A program made the translations under genes and the position numbers. Positions 7,938 through 16,257 of a DNA stretch of 35,789 bases are shown in pieces. Source of the DNA: Vulcanimicrobiota bacterium (GTDB lineage: Bacteria; Vulcanimicrobiota; Vulcanimicrobiia; Vulcanimicrobiales; Vulcanimicrobiaceae); the NCBI GenBank assembly GCA_014305015.1, contig JACRUB010000039.1, forward strand, positions 1-35,789. Direction: 5' to 3'. The number at the start of each line of letters is the position of its first letter. Positions within the stretch are counted from its first letter, which is position 1. The notes beneath the pieces were generated by a model. The model was not told the DNA's origin and ran no database searches. It saw only the letters and a program-made list of their open reading frames with translations.

Positions 7938-8449
7938 AAGATACTCGCGACCGTATGGGCGAGGCGGTGGATGCACTTGCCTATAAGGCCGATGTTCCCA
8001 GCCGCGTGAAAGATTCGATTTCGGATCGCGTGGACAGCGTGAAGTCCGCAATCGGCCATACTGCAACGAAGATGAGCTCCGCCGTGACGGGTACCACCTC
8101 CAAAGTGGGGCACACCGCCCGAGATACGACGGGCGACGTGCGCGATGGCGCAGTTCGGACGGTCGGTATGATCAAGGAAAACCCGCTCGGCGTGTTGCTC
8201 AGCGGCGTTGCGCTCGGATTCGTAGTCGGCTCCTTATTGCCGTCTACCGAGATGGAGAACGAACGCATCGGCGAGCTCTCCGACAATCTGAAGTCGCAAG
8301 TCCAAGATGCCGGAAGCCAAGCCCTCGAACACGGCAAAGCCGTGCTGCGTGAAACGGCGCAGGCTGCTAAAGACTCCGCACAAGAGCATGGTCAGCAACT
8401 TGCAGATCAAGCCAAGGACCAAACCACGAGTTACAACGCCGGCTCCTAA
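7901..8449 (+). CDS. DUF3618-domain protein with an internal membrane anchor
   Basis: MGKDPDQIRREIEDTRDRMGEAVDALAYKADV is the typical DUF3618 N-terminus. There is an internal ENPLGVLLSGVALGFVVGSLLP anchor. ATG 7901 is preceded by GAAGGAGGA. The 228-aa ORF from 7763 is an Arg-rich artefactual extension. Confidence 0.65.
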   Translation: MGKDPDQIRREIEDTRDRMGEAVDALAYKADVPSRVKDSISDRVDSVKSAIGHTATKMSSAVTGTTSKVGHTARDTTGDVRDGAVRTVGMIKENPLGVLLSGVALGFVVGSLLPSTEMENERIGELSDNLKSQVQDAGSQALEHGKAVLRETAQAAKDSAQEHGQQLADQAKDQTTSYNAGS

Positions 8450-8472
8450 GAAGCAGTAACCGAAACGACCGC

Positions 8473-8510
8473 AGAAGACTCTCGTTCGAAGAACGGGAGT
8501 CTTCTTTTTT
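8473..8510 (+). terminator. Rho-independent terminator after the DUF3618 gene
   Basis: AGAAGACTCTCG (8473-8484) pairs with CGGGAGTCTTCT (8494-8505), a 12-bp stem including one G-U pair. The loop is 9 nt (TTCGAAGAA) and is followed by TTTTT (8506-8510). Confidence 0.7.
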
Positions 8511-9489
8511 GAGCGAATCGCAATTTCTTGCGCGGCGAGGCGAGGCCTGGAAACGTCTTGAGGCGCTGCTGGCGCACGCGGGAACGCACGGGCTGCGACG
8601 GATGGATCCCGAGGAGGTCGCTGAACTCGGACGACTTTACCGGTGGGTGACTTCCGATCTTGCCTTTGCCCAAGGCCACCGCTTCGATGCGGGGATTATC
8701 GCCTATCTGAACCGATTGACGGCGCGCGCGCATGCGCAAGTCTATCGCGGTACGGCGCAAAGCGGACGCGAACGTATTGTGGAATTTTTCTCGCAGCGTT
8801 TTCCCGCCGAATTCCGCCGTTCGTTTCTCTTTATCTTCCTCTGTATTGGATTGACGGCGCTCGGTTCTATCGTTGCCTATTCCGCAATCTCTGCAGACCC
8901 CGACCGCGCCCTTGCGCTCTTGCCCCAGGGGACGGTTCCCGCGCACATTCAAAAGAGTTTGCACGATTCAAACTTCGCCTTTAAGCCCGACGAGGCCGCA
9001 ACGATGTCCGCAGAAATCATCACCAACAACATTCGCGTTGCCGTCATCGCATTTGCGGGGGGCATCGTCACACTTGGCCTCATGACGATTTGGATCATCT
9101 TGACGAACGGACTTATGGTGGGCGGAATGGGCGCAATGTTTGGGCAAGCGGGTTTCGGTTATGATTTTTGGGCGACTATCGCTCCGCACGGGGTGATCGA
9201 ACTACTCGCAATTCAAATCGCGGGCGGCGCCGGACTCCTGATCGCGTCCGCAATTCTCTTTCCGGGGCGCTTGCGTCGCAGGGATGCAGTTCGAGAAGCC
9301 GGTGCTCGCGCAGGCGTCTTGATTGCGGGCGTGTGCGCCATGCTGCTGGGCGCGGGAACGATCGAGGGATTCTTCTCGCCTTTGCGGTTCGGACCGGAGA
9401 TCCGGCTCTCGGTGGGCGCCGTCACGGCGGTCGCGCTCTTGCTGTATTTCACTCGCGCGGGACGCACTACAAGAGCGCGCGCGCTTTGA
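8509..9489 (+). CDS. SpoIIM-like / DUF95 polytopic membrane protein
   Basis: N-terminal helical domain FLARRGEAWKRLEALLAHA...VAELGRLYRWVTSDLAFAQ. TM core with TNNIRVAVIAFAGGIVTLGL...TNGLMVGG...APHGVIELLAIQIAGGAGL, the SpoIIM/DUF95 signature. TTG start overlaps the T-run of the upstream terminator. Confidence 0.75.
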   Translation: MSESQFLARRGEAWKRLEALLAHAGTHGLRRMDPEEVAELGRLYRWVTSDLAFAQGHRFDAGIIAYLNRLTARAHAQVYRGTAQSGRERIVEFFSQRFPAEFRRSFLFIFLCIGLTALGSIVAYSAISADPDRALALLPQGTVPAHIQKSLHDSNFAFKPDEAATMSAEIITNNIRVAVIAFAGGIVTLGLMTIWIILTNGLMVGGMGAMFGQAGFGYDFWATIAPHGVIELLAIQIAGGAGLLIASAILFPGRLRRRDAVREAGARAGVLIAGVCAMLLGAGTIEGFFSPLRFGPEIRLSVGAVTAVALLLYFTRAGRTTRARAL

Positions 9490-10795
9490 TATCTAAATAC
9501 GCATCGATCAACGCTACGCTCAGCTTGGCCGCCGGGGCATCGACGACTCGCACGCCGAGCTTGGTCAAGAGCGCGCGCGCAGAGCGGCGTTCTTCTAAGA
9601 GTGTGGCGGCCACGCCGGCGCGATAGACATCGGCCGTTTCCTTCGGTGCGGTCTGTAACGCGTTCTCAATGGCGGCATCGTTCATGAAAACACACATCAC
9701 CAAATGACGGCGCGCGAGCACGCGTATTTCCGAAAGAACCGTTGCCGAGGCAACCGGATCGAACATATCCGTAAAGAGAATCACCAAGCTGCGCTTGTGC
9801 AAGTGCGAGCGCACATAGGTAAACGCGCGCGAATAATCCGATTCCTCAAAGCGCGGTTCCAAGTCGTAGAGGCGTTCAGCCGTCTGTGCAAGGGCCACTT
9901 TGCTCGGCCGGGGCGCCGCGGTAAAGAGTATTTGATTCGCAAAGGCTACACAGCCGATTTTGTCATTGGCGAGGCCGGCTATCGTAGCAACCGAAAGCGC
10001 AGCGGTCACAACGTAGTCAAACTTGCGCTGCTCGTCGAGGCGCGGCGTCATTAGCCGGCCGCAATCCAAGAGCAACATGATGTTCTGAGAGCGCTCTACC
10101 TCATGCTGGACCACCATCAATTTGCCGCGACGTGCGGTGGCTTTCCAATCGATCCCGCGGAACGCATCGCCGGTCGACCATTCACGCAGGCTTTCGAATT
10201 CCGTTCCCGCGCCGCGCAGCCGCATCTTTCGCAAACCCGCATCGATCACCCGGTTGCGCGCATGCAGGGATCCGTAGCGCTCCACCGCCGAGAGATCCGG
10301 GTAGACGCGGACTCGCTCAGGTGCGGCAACCCGAACGTGGCGTCGAATCAGTCCGAGCGGATTTTCATACCACACAAAGAGATCGAGCAACTGCACTTCT
10401 CCCCGCGAAATCGGCACAACCGGGCGCGCGAGCTCCATTTGAGACCGCGGAGGGACGCTTGCGCGAAGTTCATCCACGCCGTACTGCAATTGTTCGACCG
10501 ACGTTTCAATCAGCGCGACGCGAAGCGCGCGATCGCCCCTGTTCCAAACACGATACTGCAACACATTTGGAACGCGCAGCGCAAAATGACGCAGATCGAT
10601 TCGCTCAACCGCAATCTGCGCGGGCTGCGGCCCGATCACAAGATCGCAGATCGTTAGCGCGATGAGCAGCACAACCGCCGCCACTGCAACCGGATAGAGC
10701 CCCGCAGCCGCGCCAGTCGTCGCAAAGAAGGCGGCGAGGAGTACGATCGACCACAAGAAACGTGGTCCCGGCCACACGGCGGGCTGCCATTTCAT
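9467..10795 (-). CDS. DUF58 (vWA-like) protein, MoxR partner
   Basis: Two N-terminal TM helices. Conserved DUF58 core GAGTEFESLREWSTGDAFRGIDWKATARRGKLMVVQHE followed by IMLLLDCG. The ATG overlaps the moxR stop (ATGA). Confidence 0.85.
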   Translation of the reverse strand: MKWQPAVWPGPRFLWSIVLLAAFFATTGAAAGLYPVAVAAVVLLIALTICDLVIGPQPAQIAVERIDLRHFALRVPNVLQYRVWNRGDRALRVALIETSVEQLQYGVDELRASVPPRSQMELARPVVPISRGEVQLLDLFVWYENPLGLIRRHVRVAAPERVRVYPDLSAVERYGSLHARNRVIDAGLRKMRLRGAGTEFESLREWSTGDAFRGIDWKATARRGKLMVVQHEVERSQNIMLLLDCGRLMTPRLDEQRKFDYVVTAALSVATIAGLANDKIGCVAFANQILFTAAPRPSKVALAQTAERLYDLEPRFEESDYSRAFTYVRSHLHKRSLVILFTDMFDPVASATVLSEIRVLARRHLVMCVFMNDAAIENALQTAPKETADVYRAGVAATLLEERRSARALLTKLGVRVVDAPAAKLSVALIDAYLDIKARALL

Positions 10796-11748
10796 TCCCG
10801 CGGCACGGCTACCGAGGCAAGAACGCCGTCGAGAATTTCGGTCGCTGTCACGCCTTCAATCTCCGCGTGCGCATGCACGATCAACCGGTGCGCCAGCACC
10901 AATTGCGCGACAGCCTTTACATCATCCGGCGTCGCGAACTCCCGCCCCTCCATCGCAGCCGCGGCTTGGGAGGCTAGCATGAGACCAAGTGCCGCACGTG
11001 GACTCGCTCCGAGCGCAAGTTGAGGAGAGTTTCTCGTAGCGGCAATGACGTCGTACACGTATCGCTGCATCACCACTGAGACGTGAACCGTGCGCACGGC
11101 GCGTTGGGCCGCCAAGATTTCTTCTGCATTCGTAACAGGCGTGATCCCCGAGGTCTCAAGGGCTTGGGCATCAAAGCCGCCGGCGGCGCGCGCTAGCAGC
11201 GCAAGCTCTTGATCGGGCAGTGGATACTGGGCGGAAACTTTGACGAGAAACCGGTCGAGCTGCGCTTCCGGTAGGGGATAGGTTCCTTCATACTCGATGG
11301 GGTTTTGCGTCGCGCACAAGAGAAATGGCGCCGGCAGCGCAAGCGCCACACCGTCGATCGTTACGCGGCCTTCTTCCATCGCCTCGAGCAACGCCGATTG
11401 TGTTTTGGGGGGCGTGCGATTGATTTCATCCGCGAGCAAGATGTTGGTCATGATGGGGCCAGACCGCGTACTGAACTCGGCCGTTTGCGGATTGAACACC
11501 GTCGTGCCCACAACGTCGGCCGGCATGAGGTCGGGCGTAAACTGAATGCGCCGGAACGGCAAGCCGAGCAGAAGTGCCAGCGCGCGCACCAGCAGTGTCT
11601 TGCCCGTCCCCGGAACCCCTTCGATGAGCGCATGTCCGCGGCCGAACAAAGCAATGAGCAACGCGAATGTTGTACGGTCTGCGCCTACGAGCACCGCGGA
11701 GAGTCCGCGTTCCAGCCGTTGTGCGAGTTCTGCAACGGAGCCGCTCAT
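10792..11748 (-). CDS. moxR: MoxR-family AAA+ ATPase
   Basis: Walker A GVPGTGKTLLVRALA; FRRIQFTPDLMPADVVGT; Walker B ILLADEINRTPPKTQSALLEAMEE. Start placed at ATG 11748, which overlaps the upstream stop as ATGA. The ORF is open to 11778. Confidence 0.9.
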   Translation of the reverse strand: MSGSVAELAQRLERGLSAVLVGADRTTFALLIALFGRGHALIEGVPGTGKTLLVRALALLLGLPFRRIQFTPDLMPADVVGTTVFNPQTAEFSTRSGPIMTNILLADEINRTPPKTQSALLEAMEEGRVTIDGVALALPAPFLLCATQNPIEYEGTYPLPEAQLDRFLVKVSAQYPLPDQELALLARAAGGFDAQALETSGITPVTNAEEILAAQRAVRTVHVSVVMQRYVYDVIAATRNSPQLALGASPRAALGLMLASQAAAAMEGREFATPDDVKAVAQLVLAHRLIVHAHAEIEGVTATEILDGVLASVAVPRE

Positions 11749-12908
11749 AAACCAAAGTCCTTTCGAAGTTGCGAACACAAGATGCCGGCGCGCAGTAATT
11801 CCGCGTCGGATGGTTTTTCAAGATCGCGGAGCCGGTCGAGTTCGAGAACGGCCTCACGGTGGTGCGGATCCTGCAAACGCGCTAAAAAAGCGACAACTTT
11901 TGTCCGGTCGGAAACGCCACATGCGCGCCGTACGGCACGAAGCGCGCAGTCCGCATCGTCACGCATTGCTTTTCCCGAAGCGCGCGCACGCGCGAGCAAG
12001 TTTGCCATCGAGGTGATGTAGGCGGACGAATCGCGTTCGCTTTGACGTTCGCTCACAAGCGGTGGCGCAAAACGCCAGATATTCCCCACGACCCCGAGCA
12101 GCAAGGCGAAGGCCGCGAAAAAAACCGCTACATGCACCGGCCACGGTAAGGCCTCCCAGAGCGATTGTCCTTCTCCATACCCGTGAACGGTTTCATCAAA
12201 GGCAACCGGCGCGGGAAGTGCGGCGAAGAGTTGCACCGCAAACTGCGCGTTGTTCTCATGCGTGAGAAGTCCATTGCTGAAGATGCCTGGATCGGTGAAG
12301 ACGATTACCTTGCCGGGCCCAAGATGATACGTAAGCGCCGCAAGCCCCTCGTGCGTCTGAAGCAATGGAACCGCTTTTTGCGACGCATCCAGCGCAAAGA
12401 GATTCGCGAAATTGCCCGCAATGCGTGAGACGCCACGCATCCCCGGAAAGGAAGAAAACGGCACGGCCTCATGGTACGTTGTCTTCGATTTTTTGCTGGC
12501 GGGAATACCCACGAGCGTATCCTCCGGGCTTCCGTAAGGGGGAGCGAGCACGACCAAGGTACCGCCGTGGCGGATCCAATCTTTGATGGAGATGAGGTCG
12601 TTGCGCGAAACGCCGGGGCCGCCCGCGAGTGCATCGAACGCCGATTGCGCGAGGACAAGCGTGCCGATCTGCCGGTTCAGAAAATGATGGTCTTTGGTAA
12701 ATCGAGTGACCGGCACGCCTTCGCGCCGGAGCAACTCATAAAATGCACGATAGCCGTAGCGTCCGGTATCGAAAGAAGCCGGCGTCGAAAATGTCGCCTT
12801 GGGCTCCTGGCTCGCGCGCGCAAGGGTCAGGAAGATAATCAGCACCAGCGCGCCGATCCCCAAGAGCACATCGCCGCTGGACCTACGCCGCATCGTCGGC
12901 TTCTCCAC
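11745..12908 (-). CDS. DUF4350-like membrane-anchored protein
   Basis: N-terminal TM (VLLGIGALVLIIFL). Periplasmic flavodoxin/GldG-like region with GGTLVVLAPP and VIVFTDPGIFSN. A second TM (VHVAVFFAAFALLLGVV) and a cytoplasmic tail. It occupies the position between DUF4129 and MoxR typical for DUF4350. Confidence 0.6.
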   Translation of the reverse strand: MEKPTMRRRSSGDVLLGIGALVLIIFLTLARASQEPKATFSTPASFDTGRYGYRAFYELLRREGVPVTRFTKDHHFLNRQIGTLVLAQSAFDALAGGPGVSRNDLISIKDWIRHGGTLVVLAPPYGSPEDTLVGIPASKKSKTTYHEAVPFSSFPGMRGVSRIAGNFANLFALDASQKAVPLLQTHEGLAALTYHLGPGKVIVFTDPGIFSNGLLTHENNAQFAVQLFAALPAPVAFDETVHGYGEGQSLWEALPWPVHVAVFFAAFALLLGVVGNIWRFAPPLVSERQSERDSSAYITSMANLLARARASGKAMRDDADCALRAVRRACGVSDRTKVVAFLARLQDPHHREAVLELDRLRDLEKPSDAELLRAGILCSQLRKDFGL

Positions 12909-13686
12909 CGGAAACGAGCGACCGATATGCGTCGCGCGCGTGTTCCCAATCCTGAGGGCCGACGGCGGCGTCGGCGTACACCGCCATCGTCACGGCGCGA
13001 GCGAGGACGTCGAATTCGCTGCGGTGCACGCGCCGGCGCAATTCACCGACCGTTTTGCTTTGCTCGCCCACCGCAAGGCCTCGGCGCTGCAACGCGCAGA
13101 GTGCCGCCGCAAAGATCGTGGTGACCGATTCGCCGTAGCGCCCGCTTTGCGCGGCGCGTTCCGCCTGCGCGTAGAGCGCGCTCGGATTCGCGAAGGCGAC
13201 TTGATTCTGCTCGAAACTTGTACCGGACGTTCGCCTGCCATAGTGCCACGCCAACCGCACCACGAAAAAGAGAAACGCTGCAATGGCACTTGCGAGTAAG
13301 ATGTCGCCGAATGCGACGCTCGCGGCGCGTGAGACATGCACGTTCTTGAAAAGCGCGTTCACGATGGCGCGCCAGCGTGCCGCGGTCCATTCGGTGAGCC
13401 GGTCCCACCAAGTCTTTGGCGCCGCTTTCTGCACCTCGCCGAAACGGTAGAGACGATGGTTCGAGAGGATCGATTGAGCGGTACGTGCAGCATTCGCGCC
13501 CGTACGCGGCGGCGCCGCAGCTTGCATCTTCACAAAGTCGCGCTCGCTTTGGGCGAAAATGCGCTCGCGCGCTTTGCGTTCTTTGGCGTTGTGGATGCGG
13601 CCGCTGCTCTGCCGGTTTGCATCGACCCATCGCTCGACTTGCGGACCCGACGCGAGCGCGACGGCAAGCGCCGCAGCGATCATCAC
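12883..13686 (-). CDS. DUF4129-domain membrane protein (no transglutaminase core)
   Basis: Central TM (ILLASAIAAFLFFVV). C-terminal ALCALQRRGLAVGEQSKTVGELRRRV...FDVLARAVTMAVYADAAVGPQDWEHARDAY matches the DUF4129 pattern (tail of TgpA-type transglutaminases). GTG/ATG start overlaps the upstream stop. Confidence 0.6.
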   Translation of the reverse strand: MMIAAALAVALASGPQVERWVDANRQSSGRIHNAKERKARERIFAQSERDFVKMQAAAPPRTGANAARTAQSILSNHRLYRFGEVQKAAPKTWWDRLTEWTAARWRAIVNALFKNVHVSRAASVAFGDILLASAIAAFLFFVVRLAWHYGRRTSGTSFEQNQVAFANPSALYAQAERAAQSGRYGESVTTIFAAALCALQRRGLAVGEQSKTVGELRRRVHRSEFDVLARAVTMAVYADAAVGPQDWEHARDAYRSLVSGGEADDAA

Positions 13687-14573
13687 GCTAACCGCGCGGC
13701 CATCGATTCCAAATCTACGCCTTCGCGCCGGACACGCAAGTCGTAGTAAAACAGCGCGATAAAGACGACGAAGAAGCCGTATTGAATCATTGCGACCACT
13801 GCGTTGATAACGACCAGCGGTATTCCCGTCTTGAGCGCGGCCAGCAAACCGAATCCGGCGAGCGATCCGATGATGCTAAAGCCAATTGAGATCGCGAAGA
13901 GCACGAGGCCGAAAAGCGTTGAGCGCCAGAACATTTGGCGGTTGATGGTACGCGAGATTCCGGAACCGAACGCAGTTAGCACGCCTGCATTTTCGATAAT
14001 GGCGGCCATAAAGCCGACGCCCATGCTTACCGAAGCGACGACGATCAAGAAAATCGTCGCAAGGAAGATCACGATCACGAGCAAGACCGCCACGGCCGCG
14101 GACTTCAAGAGGGTGATCAAGCCAACCGTGAGCAAGCTCAAAATGAGGATCACGCCGAAAAAGACTGCGAAGAGCGCGGCGATCCACAGCAGCGCGAAAA
14201 GAACGACGCGGCCCCAGCGGGTGAGCGCGAAACGAAGCGACTCTCCAAAGGATGTCGCTGTTCCGGTGAGCAGATTCCCTGTAACGTGCGCCATGGCCGA
14301 GGCAACGAGCGGTCCTGCGACGACCAAAATGATGAACGTGAAGGAGCCGACCGGCCCGAACTTTTGCACGAGAGCGCGGTCGAGTGCAAGCGCCGTTGCC
14401 GGATCTCCCGGTTGCGCGATCACCTTCGAGAACTGGTTCATGTACCAGACCCAAAAGTCGCCCATTGAAAGCTGCGCGACAGCAACCGGGACGTAAACGA
14501 TCGCCGCGAGCGCAATAAAGAGCCACGCATTCTTGACGAAAAGGGTGACGGCGCGGTCGAGAAGCTCGCCCAT
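13683..14573 (-). CDS. Polytopic membrane protein (GPDPase-membrane-domain/DUF-type), first gene of the MoxR operon
   Basis: MGELLDRAVTLFVKNAWLFIALAAIVYVP..., six or more hydrophobic segments. Characteristic C-terminus FYYDLRVRREGVDLE. Start placed at ATG 14573. The longer ORF to 14837 would overlap the divergent MOSC gene and has no membrane-protein character. Confidence 0.6.
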   Translation of the reverse strand: MGELLDRAVTLFVKNAWLFIALAAIVYVPVAVAQLSMGDFWVWYMNQFSKVIAQPGDPATALALDRALVQKFGPVGSFTFIILVVAGPLVASAMAHVTGNLLTGTATSFGESLRFALTRWGRVVLFALLWIAALFAVFFGVILILSLLTVGLITLLKSAAVAVLLVIVIFLATIFLIVVASVSMGVGFMAAIIENAGVLTAFGSGISRTINRQMFWRSTLFGLVLFAISIGFSIIGSLAGFGLLAALKTGIPLVVINAVVAMIQYGFFVVFIALFYYDLRVRREGVDLESMAARLA

Positions 14574-14639
14574 GGTCAACGGTCTCACTACCGCGGCGTT
14601 CTTGAGGATTCGACACTGCTCCTGGAGTACGTTAACCCC

Positions 14640-15272
14640 ATGAAAGAAGTCGGTGAGATCACGGCGATCTGGAGCTATCCGGTCAAGAGCCTGGCTCCGC
14701 AAACACTGCAAACCACCGCGGTTGGACTTGGCGGCATCCCCGGGGATCGCGCCGAGGCACTCTTCGTAGAGTCGGGGCACGCACGCGAGGGTAAAGAGTA
14801 CCGCGGCAAAGAGAACAATCTCTTGCACCTTACCCACGCGACGGATGATGCCGTTCGCCTCGCATCAGAGCGCAACGTGAGCGTTCGCGTCGCAAACGAG
14901 CATGAGCATTATTTCGATCTTGGCGAAATTTCAATCATCTTTGACCGGTGGCTCGAGCAAGCATCCTCGCTCGTGGGCTACGAGCTCGAACCGCTGCGTT
15001 TCCGCCCGAACTTCTTTGCGCGCGCACTTGCCGCTTTTCCCGGCACGGAATCGACCTTCACGGGAATGACGCTGCACATCGGCGATTGCGTTCTGGAGGT
15101 CTTCCGCCCGATCGGCCGGTGCGCTACGCCCACCTACGATTTAAAATCGGGCGAACCGGACCCGAACGTGTTACGCCAAATTGCGCAAAAGCGCAACAAC
15201 GAGATGGGCATCTATTGCAGCGTCGTCCGCCCCGGTACGATCAGCATCGGGGACGTGATACGCGCTACTTGA
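14640..15272 (+). CDS. MOSC-domain protein (YcbX-like)
   Basis: MOSC N-terminal beta-barrel motif ITAIWSYPVKSLAPQ...GGIPGDR. MOSC core with the conserved cysteine in FRPIGRCATPTYD. Confidence 0.8.
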   Translation: MKEVGEITAIWSYPVKSLAPQTLQTTAVGLGGIPGDRAEALFVESGHAREGKEYRGKENNLLHLTHATDDAVRLASERNVSVRVANEHEHYFDLGEISIIFDRWLEQASSLVGYELEPLRFRPNFFARALAAFPGTESTFTGMTLHIGDCVLEVFRPIGRCATPTYDLKSGEPDPNVLRQIAQKRNNEMGIYCSVVRPGTISIGDVIRAT

Positions 15273-15297
15273 CCGCAGTCGCGCGCGACCGGTTTGG

Positions 15298-15648
15298 CTA
15301 CTCGGTGGCGAGGCGAGGAGTGCGGCCCTTAGCCGGATGGGCGGCGGCCGATTGCTGCACGCTGCGCACGACCGCTTCAAGCGCATCGATATAGGCCAAG
15401 AAACGTTCGCGGCCTTTCGGCGTGATACGCACAAGGGTCTGCGGCCGGCCGCCGCCGGTTTTTCGGACGATCGCAACCACCCCGAGTTCGGCAAGAGCAT
15501 GCAGATGCCGGTTGAGATTTCCGTCCGTTAAATCGCAGGCATCTTGCAGTTGCCGGAACGACATTGGGCTTGCACCTTCGGCCACGAGCGCGCTGCAGAT
15601 TGCAAGCCGTCCACGTTCGTGAAAGACGCGTTCGAGAGCATCAAACAT
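15298..15648 (-). CDS. Small winged-helix transcriptional regulator (ArsR/HTH_34-like)
   Basis: ALERVFHERGRLAICSALVAEG.PMSFRQLQDACDLTDGNLNRHLHALAELGVVAIVRKTGGGRPQTLVRITPKGRERFLAYIDALEAVV is a complete wHTH with wing. It overlaps the upstream membrane-protein gene by 8 nt. Confidence 0.75.
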   Translation of the reverse strand: MFDALERVFHERGRLAICSALVAEGASPMSFRQLQDACDLTDGNLNRHLHALAELGVVAIVRKTGGGRPQTLVRITPKGRERFLAYIDALEAVVRSVQQSAAAHPAKGRTPRLATE

Positions 15649-16252
15649 CGCGCGCTACCAAAAAGGCAATCGCGATTTGACCAAGCCCGAATCCGAGGGC
15701 GTTCACCCAGAATTGCAACGCGAGCTGAGGCGGAGCGAAGAGCAGCCCGACGCCGGCCAAAACAAATGCGCCCGCAATCGGTATGACGCCACGCGGAACG
15801 GTCAGACGCGATGCAAAGAGACCGACGCCGTAGCACGCAAACCAAACGCCGGGCAGAGGCGCAAATAACCCGGCCTGCAGAAGCGCCAGCGACAGCGCAG
15901 CGCCCAAAACAATGGAAGGCAGCATGGTCAGGCCAACCGTGCGCGTTTGCCAGCGTTCGCGCGCGGTCGCATCATTGACGAACCAGTGCGCGATCGCGGA
16001 ATAGTTGACCACAATCGAGGCCGCGCAGCATACGAACCAAATCGCAAAGTAAATGCGGCCGTCATTAGGCGTGTGCGGCGTGCCGACGAGCACGGCTTGC
16101 ACGACGCCGGCCACGAGCGCAAAAATGCCGCTCGCGCCTGCCGCGATTGCCGAGTAACCCTTAAAGCGCTGGACACCTGCCAAGCGGTCCCGGACTTCGG
16201 CGATATCTTCAAGCGCACGTTCGATTTCCGTCACTATTACTTTGTACCACAA
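15641..16252 (-). CDS. Hypothetical integral membrane protein co-transcribed with the wHTH regulator
   Basis: 203-aa ORF with about 5 hydrophobic helices (e.g. IAAGASGIFALVAGVVQAVLV, IYFAIWFVCCAASIVVNY, LTMLPSIVLGAALSLALL). No recognisable catalytic motif. The start may be internal (GTG 16234). Confidence 0.55.
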   Translation of the reverse strand: MWYKVIVTEIERALEDIAEVRDRLAGVQRFKGYSAIAAGASGIFALVAGVVQAVLVGTPHTPNDGRIYFAIWFVCCAASIVVNYSAIAHWFVNDATARERWQTRTVGLTMLPSIVLGAALSLALLQAGLFAPLPGVWFACYGVGLFASRLTVPRGVIPIAGAFVLAGVGLLFAPPQLALQFWVNALGFGLGQIAIAFLVARDV

Positions 16253-16257
16253 AGCTA

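Noticed and set aside
14574-14837. N-terminal 88-aa extension of the polytopic membrane protein, overlapping the divergent MOSC gene.
   Set aside because: The extension would overlap the 5' part of the MOSC coding region on the other strand and lacks membrane-protein character. The family-typical N-terminus starts at MGELLDRAV.
15278-15289. Perfect 12-nt palindrome GTCGCGCGCGAC between the convergent MOSC and wHTH genes, followed by GGTTTGG. Considered as a possible bidirectional terminator.
   Set aside because: The stem would have essentially no loop and the T-tract is very weak. It could equally be a protein-binding palindrome; the evidence is insufficient.
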